From an uncultured Spirochaetota bacterium (GTDB lineage: Bacteria; Spirochaetota; Brevinematia; Brevinematales; JAOACQ01), in NCBI GenBank assembly GCA_963835575.1, contig CAWIGG010000002.1:1184001-1248000 (forward strand): DNA of 64,000 bases. Reading direction: 5' to 3'. Both the position numbers and the translations under genes were made by a program. The notes beneath the pieces were generated by a model. It saw only the letters and a list, made by a program, of their open reading frames with translations. It had not been told where the DNA came from and made no database searches. This document shows, piece after piece, positions 40,125-50,618 of this stretch (positions are counted from its first letter, which is position 1; every line of letters starts with the position of its first letter).

Positions 40125-41600
40125 ATGGAAAGCATTTTTTCTAATATAAGGTCTAAAAACCCGAAGGGCATTTATGAATATAATATACTCATTGACGGCT
40201 GCTGGAAATGCGTTTCCAGCGGCAAAAGATTTGATGTCACCAATCCCGCTACCGGAGAAGTAGTCGGAACAGTACCTTCCTGTAATGAAGCGGATGTGCT
40301 GCAGGCTGTGGAATCCGCCAAACAGGGTCTGAATGAAAAAGATTTCGAGCCGGTCCAGAGGCTTGAAGTTATGGATAAGGCGCGTGATATATTATTGGAA
40401 AATCAGAAGGAAGTAGCTGAAATGATTACTCTCGAAAGCGGCAAAGCTATCTCTGTTTCCAATGGCGAGGTTAAATCGACAGCGGAAAGGCTGAAGCTGA
40501 CTATGGAAGAAGCCCGTGTCCTTTACGGCGAATACCTTCCCGGTGAATGGGTTGAGGACACAAAAAGCAAATTCGCCATAGTTCTCCGCAAGCCGCTGGG
40601 TATAGTGGCTGCCATCTCCCCGTTCAATTACCCCCTGTTCCTGGCCGCTTCAAAGATCATACCGGCGCTTCTGGCCGGAAATACTGTGATCGCAAAGCCC
40701 GCAAGCGATACGCCGATCAGCCTGATCATGTTCGCGTGCATACTGGAAAAAGCGGGCCTGCCTAAAGGCGCCCTTCAAATCATAACCGGAAGGGGTTCCA
40801 GTATCGGCGATGCCATCATCACAAATCCGGATATATCCGCAATCAGTTTTACCGGTTCGACCGGCGTAGGTGAAACAATACCTCCCAAAGCCGGCATTAA
40901 GAAACTCCACCTTGAACTCGGCGGAAAAGCATCTGCCATCATTCTTCAGGACGCTGACATCAAACTCGCCGCCTCGCAAATATGCCGCGGCGTCTTCAGG
41001 AATTCCGGCCAGCGCTGCGACGCGGTCAGCCGAGTCCTTGTTGAAAAACCTGTTAAAGAGGAACTAATCTCACAAATCTTGAAAGAATCCGAAAAATACA
41101 AAACCGGCGATCCGATGAACCCGGACACACAGGTCGGCACAGTTATTAATCAGCAGGCGCTGGAGAGGATTCATGGCCTTGTAGAGGACGCTCTGGCAAA
41201 AGGCGCTGTTCTTCTAAAAGGCGGTACTTTTAAGGGCCTCTTTTATGAACCGACTGTCCTGGACAATGTAACCTCGGATATGCGGATCGCATGGGAGGAA
41301 ATATTCGGCCCCGTACTTCCCGTCATTACCGTCAAAGACTGCGATGAAGCCGTTAAAATGTCCAATGCGTCCGAATTCGGCCTGGACAGCTGCCTTTTTA
41401 CTAGAGACTTAAGCCTTGCGCTTAAAATCGCCGGAGAACTGCAGGACGGGAGCGTGACGATCAACTCCGCTCCGGCTCATGGCGTCGGGCATTTCCCGTT
41501 CGGCGGCAACAAAAAATCCGGCCTGGGCCGAGAAGGCATCAAATATTCCATAGACGAACTTACCAAGCTCCATACCATTATAATTTCTGAAAATATTTGA
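40125..41600 (+). CDS. gapN: Aldehyde dehydrogenase family, probably non-phosphorylating glyceraldehyde-3-phosphate dehydrogenase (GAPN)
   Basis: ISPFNYPL, FTGS, LELGGK, GQRCDA (catalytic Cys), IAWEEIFGP and HFPFGG. Confidence 0.72.
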   Translation: MESIFSNIRSKNPKGIYEYNILIDGCWKCVSSGKRFDVTNPATGEVVGTVPSCNEADVLQAVESAKQGLNEKDFEPVQRLEVMDKARDILLENQKEVAEMITLESGKAISVSNGEVKSTAERLKLTMEEARVLYGEYLPGEWVEDTKSKFAIVLRKPLGIVAAISPFNYPLFLAASKIIPALLAGNTVIAKPASDTPISLIMFACILEKAGLPKGALQIITGRGSSIGDAIITNPDISAISFTGSTGVGETIPPKAGIKKLHLELGGKASAIILQDADIKLAASQICRGVFRNSGQRCDAVSRVLVEKPVKEELISQILKESEKYKTGDPMNPDTQVGTVINQQALERIHGLVEDALAKGAVLLKGGTFKGLFYEPTVLDNVTSDMRIAWEEIFGPVLPVITVKDCDEAVKMSNASEFGLDSCLFTRDLSLALKIAGELQDGSVTINSAPAHGVGHFPFGGNKKSGLGREGIKYSIDELTKLHTIIISENI

Positions 41601-41650
41601 AGCGGAATTAATTTTATTAATCTGTTCATTCAGTCCTTATTATTATTCAA

Positions 41651-41686
41651 GAGCAGTTACAAAAACTTTAGTTTTTGTAACTGTCC
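41651..41686. repeat. 36-bp mini-MITE/REP-like palindrome
   Basis: GAGCAGTTACAAAAACT-TT-AGTTTTTGTAACTGTCC flanked by direct repeat TCAA. Confidence 0.8.
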
Positions 41687-41755
41687 TCAAATAATTTGAC
41701 CATTAAGAAATTTCTTTCTATTATTAAAGATGATGGTTTTTATAGGAGCACAATC

Positions 41756-42139
41756 ATGAATCAATTCATAAATCCTGAATCTGGTCCACAGCCGGCCGGG
41801 CCTTATTCAACAGCCGTATTGACCGCAAACGGCTTTTTGTTTCTTTCCGGTCAGATCAGCCTGGACCCGGCGACAGGGAATCTAAATGGAAGGACTGTCT
41901 CTGAGCAGGCGGTTATCATTCTCAATAATATTAAGAATATTGTTGAAGAATGCTCTTTTTCTCTGCAGGATATTATAAAAGTCGTCATTTATATTACGGA
42001 CATATCACAATTTGCCGAACTCAATAAGCTGTATGAACAGTTTTTCGGCAGTCATAAACCCGTCAGGACAACTGTGGAAGTTTCCCGTCTGCCCAAAGGA
42101 GCGCTGGTTGAAATTGAAGCCGTCTGTTTTCATAGTTAA
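41756..42139 (+). CDS. ridA: RidA (YjgF/YER057c/UK114) family protein (likely start ATG 41756)
   Basis: GPYS, SGQI, PVRTTVEVSRLP and VEIEA. AGGAG RBS. Upstream TTGACC-17-TATTAT. Confidence 0.9.
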   Translation: MNQFINPESGPQPAGPYSTAVLTANGFLFLSGQISLDPATGNLNGRTVSEQAVIILNNIKNIVEECSFSLQDIIKVVIYITDISQFAELNKLYEQFFGSHKPVRTTVEVSRLPKGALVEIEAVCFHS

Positions 42140-42170
42140 TCTTATCAGATAAAAAAAGGAGTAAATATTT

Positions 42171-43523
42171 ATGGAACGCAATAAAAGATTGGGCGAGGAG
42201 AAGATCGGCAAACTCCTCTGGTCTTTTTCCCTCCCCGCCATCAGCGCCATGCTTTTAAATGCCCTGTACGGCGTTGTTGACCGGATTTTTGTCGGAAGGG
42301 GCGTCGGTTCTCTCGCTATCGCAGGAGTGATGGTCGGACTTCCTATAATGCTGCTCATTATGGCCTGCGGAATGCTTATCGGTATCGGCGGAAGCGCCGC
42401 GCTTTCGATATTTCTCGGGCAGAATAAGAAAGAAGATGCTGAAAATACCATAGGAAACGCTGTGACGCTCTCCCTTATATTCAGCTTCCTGATAACTTCC
42501 TTAGGGCTTATTTTTCTTCATCCCCTTCTTCGTTCTTTCGGAGCGAGCAATGAAACCATACCCTATGCCGAAAAATTTGTCCGCATCATCCTGTCCGGTT
42601 CCCTGTTCGGGTTTTTAAGTTTCGGCATGAGTAATATCATCCGCGCGGAAGGCAACCCGATGTTCAGCATGGTAACGCAGATGACCGGCGCCGTTTTGAA
42701 CGCGGTTTTCTGCTATGTATTTATTTTCATATTCAAATGGGGTATTGAAGGTTCCGCCGCAGCTACAGTATTGGCGCAGTTCATCACAAGTGTTATGGTA
42801 ATGGGCTATTTTTATACCAAAAAAAGCATCATTCATGTACACTGGAAAAATTTAAGACTGAAAGCGGATATTGTTAAAAGAATACTGTCGATAGGCCTAT
42901 CGCCTTTTTCGATTCAGGCGGCGTTGGGAATTATGATGGCGATTTTTAATTTTCAGCTTGGAAAATACGGCGGCGATATCGCCATATCCGCCTGGGGCGC
43001 CATTAACAGCATCATGCTTTTTATCCTGATGCCGATCTTCGGCTTAAACCAGGGATCACAGCCCATCATAGGCTTTAATTTCGGCGCTAAAAACTGTCCG
43101 AGGATACGGGAAACGCTGAAATTGACGATATTTGTCTCCACCATAATTGTATTTACCGGCTTTATAATCATCCAGATTTTCGCCCGGCCGATCATCAGCG
43201 CTTTTTCAACAAATGACGCCCATCTTGTCGATGTCGGCTCAACAGGCCTGAGAATCTTTCTTGCAATGCTGCCCGTTGTCGGTTTCCAGATCAGCGGCTC
43301 TAATTATTTTCAATCGATAGGCAAGCCTCTTTATTCCATTATGCTCACATTATCACGGCAGATCCTGCTTCTCATCCCTCTGGTCTTGATCCTTCCCCAC
43401 TTTCTTGGTCTATTCGGTATCTGGCTGGCGGGCCCTGTTTCGGATTTTCTTTCATTCCTTCTGACACTGACATTTATTTTAAGGGAACTCAAGAAGCTCA
43501 AAACATTAGAGCGCTGTGTATAA
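42171..43523 (+). CDS. MATE family efflux transporter (MepA-like)
   Basis: About 12 TM segments. Motifs VDRIFVG, IIRAEGNP, QPIIGFNFGA and FQSIGK. Confidence 0.92.
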   Translation: MERNKRLGEEKIGKLLWSFSLPAISAMLLNALYGVVDRIFVGRGVGSLAIAGVMVGLPIMLLIMACGMLIGIGGSAALSIFLGQNKKEDAENTIGNAVTLSLIFSFLITSLGLIFLHPLLRSFGASNETIPYAEKFVRIILSGSLFGFLSFGMSNIIRAEGNPMFSMVTQMTGAVLNAVFCYVFIFIFKWGIEGSAAATVLAQFITSVMVMGYFYTKKSIIHVHWKNLRLKADIVKRILSIGLSPFSIQAALGIMMAIFNFQLGKYGGDIAISAWGAINSIMLFILMPIFGLNQGSQPIIGFNFGAKNCPRIRETLKLTIFVSTIIVFTGFIIIQIFARPIISAFSTNDAHLVDVGSTGLRIFLAMLPVVGFQISGSNYFQSIGKPLYSIMLTLSRQILLLIPLVLILPHFLGLFGIWLAGPVSDFLSFLLTLTFILRELKKLKTLERCV

Positions 43524-43535
43524 GGAGCTTATGCG

Positions 43536-44078
43536 ATGAAATTTCTTGAATTGATTAAAAAACGGTATAGTGTCCGGAGTTATCAGAATAAAAAAGTTGA
43601 AAAAGTTAAAATTGAGCGCTGTATTGAGGCAGCCCGGCTGGCCCCATCGGCCTGCAATGCCCAGCCCTGGAAATTTATTGTTGTTGATGATCCGCTGTTA
43701 AAGGAAAAAGTAGCAAAAGCGACTTTCGGGAATGTCATATCTTTCAATCATTTTACCATGCAGGCGCCTGTCATGATTGTAATCGCGGCGGAAAAACCCG
43801 CCGTCCTGCCCTCAATCGGCAGTCAGATTAAAAATCTCCCCTATTATCTTATGGATATAGGCATGGCCGCTGAGCATTTCTGCCTTCAGGCCGCTGAGGA
43901 AGGCCTGGGAAGCTGTATGCTCGGCTGGTTTAATGAAAAGTCTGTAAAAAAAACACTTTCTATTCCGAAAAGCAGAAAAATAGCGCTTTTACTTACGCTC
44001 GGTTATCCGGCAAAAGAAGAAACACCCAAAAAAATACGCAAAGAACCGGATCAGATTTCAAGTTATAATATCTATTAA
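43536..44078 (+). CDS. Nitroreductase family protein
   Basis: RYSVRSY, APSACNAQPW, GLGSC and LGYP. Confidence 0.92.
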   Translation: MKFLELIKKRYSVRSYQNKKVEKVKIERCIEAARLAPSACNAQPWKFIVVDDPLLKEKVAKATFGNVISFNHFTMQAPVMIVIAAEKPAVLPSIGSQIKNLPYYLMDIGMAAEHFCLQAAEEGLGSCMLGWFNEKSVKKTLSIPKSRKIALLLTLGYPAKEETPKKIRKEPDQISSYNIY

Positions 44079-44155
44079 AGCTAATTATACTCTTGCCTAA
44101 TTTTTCATTTCACAGTATTATTATTGGAATAAACATCAGATAAAGAGGATTATTT

Positions 44156-45796
44156 ATGTCCCGTGATGCGAATGAGATCATAGGTAAATTTATCAGGCGC
44201 GCTTTCTGGATGACAGACCCGCAGTCCGCCGAATTCAGGCTGTTTTTTCTGGAAATGATCACGGAACTCAGAAACCTGTCCGGCAGGGATTTTAACGCGG
44301 ATATAACACTGGATGATCTGAAACGGACCGTATCGAATATTACCGACAAATACCCTGTCATAAAAAAGATTTCCCTCAACACCGTCTTTAAAACACTCAA
44401 CGCCATGGATTCGTTTGCCAAAGCCGGAGATCTTTTTTCCATCGCTTCGGCTGTTTCGACCTCTTTTCTATCAATCGGAATGCTCTTTATAGGCCCTATG
44501 CCGTATCTTTTATTAAAAGTATTCGCCCCTAACCGTTTAAAATGCGGTGTGATCATGGGAGTGGGCGGCTTGATCGGACTCGAGCTGTATGATACAAAGC
44601 CCACGCCGGTTATACGGAAACGGAATAAATTCTCACCGGCCACAATCATATCGGGCATTTTTTTTACGGTTCTCCTCCTGTTGTCCATCTTTTTAATCCA
44701 GGTACCATTTTTTTATCGTCTTCTAACTTTTCTCTGTTCCGGTATTCTTTTCTTATTCTTTATCTCGAGCCTCAGCCTCGATATTTTCAATCTGAATAGC
44801 AGAAAGAAAACAAAGGATCCCGCTGATCATGAAATTTTTCAGTTTAATATCAATACCGATAGAACGCTTTCTTCCCATTTCAAACTGGATAATGAAGAAG
44901 CCCGCTTTCTTTTCAGTCTTCAATATACCCTGGCCGAATCCAACATCGAGATGACCGTGGATCCGAAAATCAAAGGGAATAAAAGGATCTGGCTTGATAA
45001 ATGGAAAACCAGCATAGAAGCCGAAATCAGCCGCAAACTTGTCACCAGCCGGGCAATATTGGAAGAGGCTATTTTCGGGCCCATGCAGCGCCTATCAAAA
45101 TTAAAAAGAAACCTGATCTATCTTGAGTGCGCTCTTTTTAAGCCGTTTTTCCCCATTGTGGAATTAAAAAATATAGTCATTCCTGAAAAGGAAAGGACAA
45201 TTTCCCAGAATAATCTGACGGAACTTTCCCGGTCAATGAACATTACAATCCCGCCGAAGATTATTCAAAGTACATATCAATCTTCAATTCAGACGATCAG
45301 TGTGGTCAATCTGATAAAAAAAATCACACAGAGCCTGATCACGCCGTCTTTCGGAGGCTTTGCTCCTTTTTCCGTGATCCAGGATTATACCGGACTGGTC
45401 AAGACATCAACGGCAGTGAGCATCGGAGGCATCGGTAAAATACCGAAAAAAAAGGACCTGATTACTCAGGAAAATTCCTATATCATAGGCGGAGGGATTA
45501 TTCTTGAAAAAGAAATGTTCCCGCTTCTCAGCCAGATAGCGGAATACAGCTCCAATGCCGTACTTTCACAGCTGGCCCGGCTGGCTGCTTCATTTAAATT
45601 ATTTTCCGGCGAACTGCCGGATTATATAAACCAGCTGGAATCGATGCTAACGCTTGAAACCCAGCTGAGAGATACGCTGGTAAAAGTATATAATAATAAA
45701 GGAGCGGACCGCGAAGAACTCCGGCAGTCAATTCATTTCCTGGAAATGGGTATAAAATTAAGCAGGGACACGGCCGAGAAAGCAAAGAGGAGATGA
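44156..45796 (+). CDS. Hypothetical membrane protein
   Basis: 546-aa ORF with AGAGGA RBS, upstream TTGCCT-17-TATTAT and several hydrophobic segments. Confidence 0.7.
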   Translation: MSRDANEIIGKFIRRAFWMTDPQSAEFRLFFLEMITELRNLSGRDFNADITLDDLKRTVSNITDKYPVIKKISLNTVFKTLNAMDSFAKAGDLFSIASAVSTSFLSIGMLFIGPMPYLLLKVFAPNRLKCGVIMGVGGLIGLELYDTKPTPVIRKRNKFSPATIISGIFFTVLLLLSIFLIQVPFFYRLLTFLCSGILFLFFISSLSLDIFNLNSRKKTKDPADHEIFQFNINTDRTLSSHFKLDNEEARFLFSLQYTLAESNIEMTVDPKIKGNKRIWLDKWKTSIEAEISRKLVTSRAILEEAIFGPMQRLSKLKRNLIYLECALFKPFFPIVELKNIVIPEKERTISQNNLTELSRSMNITIPPKIIQSTYQSSIQTISVVNLIKKITQSLITPSFGGFAPFSVIQDYTGLVKTSTAVSIGGIGKIPKKKDLITQENSYIIGGGIILEKEMFPLLSQIAEYSSNAVLSQLARLAASFKLFSGELPDYINQLESMLTLETQLRDTLVKVYNNKGADREELRQSIHFLEMGIKLSRDTAEKAKRR

Positions 45797-45816
45797 GGGC
45801 TGTATTATTCATGCAT

Positions 45817-45887
45817 AGACTTATCCAAAAAGTTTTGAAATAGACCCGCTGGTTTGTACCAAATGCGGCAGTGACATAAAGATCATT
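45817..45887 (+). pseudogene. IS91-family (Y2) transposase C-terminal remnant
   Basis: RLIQKV-[frameshift]-EIDPLVCTKCGSDIKII. Confidence 0.68.
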
Positions 45888-46046
45888 CCGGTTTTACAGA
45901 CCGGTTGTTAGTGAGATGTGATGATTTTTTTCTATCAATCTGGCGGCAGAGGGCGCCACAACGCCGGAATGCGGTCTCTCACTCATCTTTTCAATCGGGA
46001 CTTACCCGCCAAAACCCTTGCTTTTGCGGCCTGAGAAAATTTACGG

Positions 46047-48524
46047 TTATTCCTGGTTGAGGAGGGCGTTTAAAAGGGAAAAGATATAGGAATGATACCC
46101 GAGATAATTCAACTGATAATCCTTGAGCAGTTCTACCAGGCCGGATTTATTATTAACCCCTGTCTTGGAGTAAATAAATCCGATATGTCCTTTGACAGTA
46201 CTTTCAGAAATAAACAATTTTTTTGCGACTTCACGGGTTTTATATCCCTGTAAAAGCAGTAAAAGGATCTCTTTTTCCCTTGGGCTCAAACGGTATTTCT
46301 TGAAGAATTCATCCTGCGGCATGGTTACAGATGACAGGATCGGTTTTACATCAATGGCATTCCACCGGAGAGTATCAGTTTTATCCGGTTTTCTGACAGC
46401 AGAAATATTTACCAGCAAGGTACTGATATTCTCAGCAGATTTATATGATTGTTTTCCTGATTTTGGTATAATTTTTAACTCGGCATATTGAACTTCCTTT
46501 CCAGCCAGGGCTTTTCCGGCCAGCACTTTCATATATTTCTGTTCTTCCGGCCGGAGAAAATCCAGTAAAGATATTTCCCGGATTAAATCCGAGTTACTGA
46601 TATTAAGGCTTTTTTCACCCATCCGGTTGATAAATTTTATAACAAAATTCAGGTCTGTCTCTATCAGTATAGTCGGGAGAAGTATAGCCATTTCACGGAA
46701 TCGTTCTTCTTTTTTTTCTATTTCAATTTTTGCCGTTCTAAGATTTTCCAGTGCCTTTTTCCATTTATCAAATAAATTGATCACATGAAGTATGTTTGAC
46801 ACTTCTTCACGGATCGTGTCATAAGCCAGGGGATTAATTTCTGAGATTTCGAAACGGATAATCCCAAAACGGTTATTTTCATAAACAATCGGTAATAATA
46901 AAACTACAGAAGGTTTTTCTACCGGATAGAGAATATCAGAAAAAATATCTCCTGTTTTTTTTTCCTGATGAATTTCTGAAGCCATGTTCCTCTGGTTCTT
47001 ACGATAGTTCATTAATATAAGGGTTTGCTCAGGTATATTCTCATGAATCCCCGGTATATTTGGAAATAGTTCTATAGTACAGCCGGGAATGCCCATCTGG
47101 GGAAGTTCACGATTGAGAATATTTGCCAGTTTGTCATAATCCGGTGAAAGACTCGTATCCCGGGTAATAATTCTGAGATGATAGAGTATTGCCTCCATAC
47201 CTTCAGCTCTGGCTACTTCGCACCTTTGAATCCATTTGGTCAGAAGAAAAGAGGCGTTTAAAAAAATACTTTCAATATTATTCTGTTCCAATATGGGCAT
47301 CTCAATAATTTGACTCAGAATTTCATCTCTGATAATTGTCAGTATTTTCTGCCAGCTGACAATATTGATAATCCGGGAAGAATGCTGCCCTAGAATTTCA
47401 TTAAAAACCATTAAAAACATAGGATTGGATTTCCTGTTTTTTAAATCAAAATACAGTGAATCTAAAAGAACCGTTATGCTATGGCGGAGATTAGAGATCT
47501 CCTTATTTTCCAGGATCATCTCTTCAATTCTATCGGAAACCGCTGTCTTTACCAGATTAAATTTTTCATCAAGGCTATCCGGCCAAATATCCGGTGATTC
47601 ATCATAACCAGAAACAGTTTTTAACGATTTTTCCGAAGCCGGTATATTCCTCCTGTAAACCGGAAAACATCCGCAGGATTCACGAATAATCAGCCTTGTC
47701 GGCAGGAACAATTCTTGAGGAACTTCCTGCCCCTGAGCAGCCTGGAACAGAATTTCCAATGCTTTCCGGCCTTGTTCAAAAATCGGCTGATAGACGGTCG
47801 TGAGCGGCGGATTCATCAATTCTGCATCCGCCACATCATCAAATCCGACCAGGCCGCAGAAAGCAGGAATATCCAGCCCATGAGTACGCAAAACCCTCAG
47901 AAAAGAAATTGCCATATCATCATTGGAGGATACAACGGCATCGAGTGCTATCTTCTTCTTCAGAATGTTTTCCGCGATATATCCCCCATATTCATAACTG
48001 AAATTTCCGGAAAAAATATACTTTTTCTGAAAAGGAATACGATATTTTTTCAGGGCATCGATATATCCGCGAAGCCGTGCGCGTGCTTCCATATTACTCA
48101 GAGAACCGGTAATAAAGCCGATCCTGCTGTAACTATGGGTCTCTATAAGATGTTCCACAGCCTCCCGCATTCCATTCCGGTTATCTATAAATACACCGGG
48201 TATTCCGGGAATCCGGACACCAATACTGACTTTCGGTCCCGGAAAAAGATCACAGTATTCCCGGAACCGGTCATATCCCATGAAATTTCCCAGTGAACTG
48301 GATGCAAAAATCAGTCCCTCTATTTCCGGTGAGTGTGCCAGATCATAAATAAAATTGTGATTATTATCTTCAGGTATTGGCGAATCAAGATTTCTTCCTG
48401 AAATCATTGCAATCCGTACTGATCTTTCCCTGGCTGCGGAGATAACACCTCTCCATAGAGGTAAATGATACCTACCTTCAATCTGGTTGATTAAAAGTCC
48501 AAATATTTTACTGCTGGTTTTCAT
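46047..48524 (-). CDS. Hybrid regulator: LacI-type sugar-binding domain + PAS + LuxR HTH (likely start ATG 48524)
   Basis: IDNRNGM, R..GY, SNDDMA, GFDD and PPLTTVYQP. EERFREMAILLP (PAS entry). LSPREKEIL...LFISESTVKGHI..IY.K (LuxR). Confidence 0.88.
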   Translation of the reverse strand: MKTSSKIFGLLINQIEGRYHLPLWRGVISAARERSVRIAMISGRNLDSPIPEDNNHNFIYDLAHSPEIEGLIFASSSLGNFMGYDRFREYCDLFPGPKVSIGVRIPGIPGVFIDNRNGMREAVEHLIETHSYSRIGFITGSLSNMEARARLRGYIDALKKYRIPFQKKYIFSGNFSYEYGGYIAENILKKKIALDAVVSSNDDMAISFLRVLRTHGLDIPAFCGLVGFDDVADAELMNPPLTTVYQPIFEQGRKALEILFQAAQGQEVPQELFLPTRLIIRESCGCFPVYRRNIPASEKSLKTVSGYDESPDIWPDSLDEKFNLVKTAVSDRIEEMILENKEISNLRHSITVLLDSLYFDLKNRKSNPMFLMVFNEILGQHSSRIINIVSWQKILTIIRDEILSQIIEMPILEQNNIESIFLNASFLLTKWIQRCEVARAEGMEAILYHLRIITRDTSLSPDYDKLANILNRELPQMGIPGCTIELFPNIPGIHENIPEQTLILMNYRKNQRNMASEIHQEKKTGDIFSDILYPVEKPSVVLLLPIVYENNRFGIIRFEISEINPLAYDTIREEVSNILHVINLFDKWKKALENLRTAKIEIEKKEERFREMAILLPTILIETDLNFVIKFINRMGEKSLNISNSDLIREISLLDFLRPEEQKYMKVLAGKALAGKEVQYAELKIIPKSGKQSYKSAENISTLLVNISAVRKPDKTDTLRWNAIDVKPILSSVTMPQDEFFKKYRLSPREKEILLLLLQGYKTREVAKKLFISESTVKGHIGFIYSKTGVNNKSGLVELLKDYQLNYLGYHSYIFSLLNALLNQE

Positions 48525-48561
48525 GCATTCAGCCCCGTTTAAAAAACGAACATCTAAAGCT

Positions 48562-48590
48562 ATTATAGGAACACCCTCCTTATTTGTCAA
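48562..48590 (-). promoter_or_regulatory. Consensus sigma-70 promoter of the hybrid regulator
   Basis: TTGACA-17 nt-TATAAT, a perfect consensus immediately after the operon terminator. Confidence 0.82.
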
Positions 48591-48591
48591 T

Positions 48592-48624
48592 AAAAAAAAA
48601 GCCCCGCGCTAGCGCGGGGCTTTT
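48592..48624 (-). terminator. Intrinsic terminator of the lipoprotein operon
   Basis: AAAAGCCCCGCGCTAGCGCGGGGC followed by T9 on the minus strand. Confidence 0.88.
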
Positions 48625-48643
48625 AACTATTTTGATTCCGTTT

Positions 48644-49438
48644 TTACCATAGATTTGAAACAGCAAGATTGTCCAGATAGAATATTGTATCCTGATTGGT
48701 GGAGGAGCTGACAAACTGGATTCTAACCTTGCTAAAGTTCGTCCATGAGGCAGTGTTGGTGAGAGAACTGCTGGCATAGCCGATAATGCTGTTTGTGTTA
48801 GAGATGAAAGAAGAAATGTGGCACCATGTATCGGCGACAACGGAAGAAGTATAATAGACTGAATAAATCGGGCTATAGGAGGGAGTATAAAACTCCCATT
48901 GGATAGCTGTCATGTTAGCGCGGCAGGCGGCGGGAACATAAATGTCAAAATTTATGGTGAAATTCTGTCCGCTCATGTCGATCGTCCCTGACAAATTCCA
49001 TTGTATTTCCACACCGGTGGAACCGCTTTGATTCGTTGAATATGCATGCACCTGAACACATGCGTTGGCGCCGACATTTGTTAAGATGGCATTATCGGTA
49101 ATGGCCGGACTGCCGCTGGTAAGATTTCCTTTAGACAGATAGGGCCCGCCGGCCGAAGTATCGAAGTTCTGGTTGATAGCCACTATCGATATGAAACTGC
49201 TGGCACTGCTGCTCGATATTTCCGAGGACGCTGATGATGCTGCTAACGAACTGGCTGCCGCAGAGGAAGCCGTAGAAGCGCTTGAGCTCGATGAATCCAA
49301 CGAACTGGCTGGTACAGAGGACGCTGAAGATACGCTTGAGTTCGAGGATGTGTCGGACGAGGAAGAGTTCGGGGCAGTCGAACATCCCATTAAAGTGAAT
49401 AACGCTAAAACAGATGCTGCAAATAATAATTTTTTCAT
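48644..49438 (-). CDS. Lipoprotein with long Ser-rich linker + unrecognised beta-rich domain (paralog 3)
   Basis: Lipobox LMGC, ~60-aa Ser/Ala linker, and motifs TGVEIQW, NFTINFDIYVP, ADTWCHIS and KVRIQF. Confidence 0.85.
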   Translation of the reverse strand: MKKLLFAASVLALFTLMGCSTAPNSSSSDTSSNSSVSSASSVPASSLDSSSSSASTASSAAASSLAASSASSEISSSSASSFISIVAINQNFDTSAGGPYLSKGNLTSGSPAITDNAILTNVGANACVQVHAYSTNQSGSTGVEIQWNLSGTIDMSGQNFTINFDIYVPAACRANMTAIQWEFYTPSYSPIYSVYYTSSVVADTWCHISSFISNTNSIIGYASSSLTNTASWTNFSKVRIQFVSSSTNQDTIFYLDNLAVSNLW

Positions 49439-49503
49439 AAAACCTCCTTTAATTTTATACTCTAGATTTTGTACTTAAAATTTTATACAAAATATCTGTT
49501 TTG

Positions 49504-50598
49504 CTAGGGAGTTACTGTCAGGGATCCGGCATCCATCGATATTTCGTAAAACCCATGCGGGTCCCAGTTTAACACGTTTGTTCCCTGCTTGACCGTGCCG
49601 CCGCCGTTGCTGATGCGGAGATACATACCGGCCGGAAAGTGGTCCGGAAGGGCCCAGCTCCATATCGTGTTGCTTCCGGTATCAACCGGTGTTACTGCCG
49701 ATAAAACCTTCTGCGCTCTCCAGTAGGCCCCGACCCTGGCGACTGTGTCAATCCACATCCAGCCCAGAGCTTTGGCATGCTCCATGCTTCCAGTGACATT
49801 TGCGGTATCGACAGGGGCATACCAATTGGCTCCAGGCAGGATTGTATGGTAGAGGAAAACCAGCCATGTTCCGTTTATATAGTCTGAATCAAGATGACCA
49901 TTCAGGTCTGATGCGGTTTCTCCGCCGGATGCCATATAGACCGGCAGTCTGAACGGGTCTGTGCCGTCGTTCGGCGCAATTGTTCCATTGGCGACCCCGC
50001 GGTTGAGAAAGTACCTATTACTTGCGTATGTTATCCATTGTGTATCACCGTATGGAGAAGCCATGGTCACGACATTGCTCCCGCCTAACTGATCGATAAT
50101 ATATTGCATGTTCGAATCGATTTCTTCAAGCTGGGTGGAAAACGGCGTTCCGCCTGTGCCGGAGTCTGAAAGATCGGCATGAGAATGATGAAATGTGTGA
50201 TTGCCGATCTCATGCCCGTCTTTGACTGCCTGAGACCAGAGGAATTCAAAATTAGCCGATGTATTGCTCCATCCGGCACAGATATAAAATGTCAGGTGAA
50301 CGCCTTCCTCCTGAAGCAAGCTGTAATTCTGGACCTGTGAAGGCTGACCGTCATCGAAAGAGTACGATACTGCGGCCTTAAATCCTGCCCAGTTCAATAT
50401 GATCAGGCTGCCGGGAGCGCCGGCCGGCTTGGGCACATTGGTTGCCGGAGGATAGGGCAGCCCGGAAATTGTACTGTTCCCTTCCGACCCGAATGAAGGG
50501 ACGGATGAAGAGTTGCTGCTGGTGGAAGATCCGGAATCGGAAGAGGGCTGGACTGAACAGGCCGTCAGCATTATAAAGAAAAAAGTGAATACTTTCAT
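49504..50598 (-). CDS. Lipoprotein polysaccharide deacetylase (CE4/NodB fold)
   Basis: Lipobox LTAC, Ser linker, and motifs SFDDG, HEIGNHTFHH, PYG and LYH. Confidence 0.85.
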   Translation of the reverse strand: MKVFTFFFIMLTACSVQPSSDSGSSTSSNSSSVPSFGSEGNSTISGLPYPPATNVPKPAGAPGSLIILNWAGFKAAVSYSFDDGQPSQVQNYSLLQEEGVHLTFYICAGWSNTSANFEFLWSQAVKDGHEIGNHTFHHSHADLSDSGTGGTPFSTQLEEIDSNMQYIIDQLGGSNVVTMASPYGDTQWITYASNRYFLNRGVANGTIAPNDGTDPFRLPVYMASGGETASDLNGHLDSDYINGTWLVFLYHTILPGANWYAPVDTANVTGSMEHAKALGWMWIDTVARVGAYWRAQKVLSAVTPVDTGSNTIWSWALPDHFPAGMYLRISNGGGTVKQGTNVLNWDPHGFYEISMDAGSLTVTP

Positions 50599-50618
50599 AA
50601 ATAAACCTCTGTAATCCG

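Noticed and set aside
49190..49375. Tandem DNA repeat or phase-variable tract in the Ser-rich linker
   Set aside because: Low complexity is at the protein level. Mixed Ser codons give no clean nucleotide repeat.
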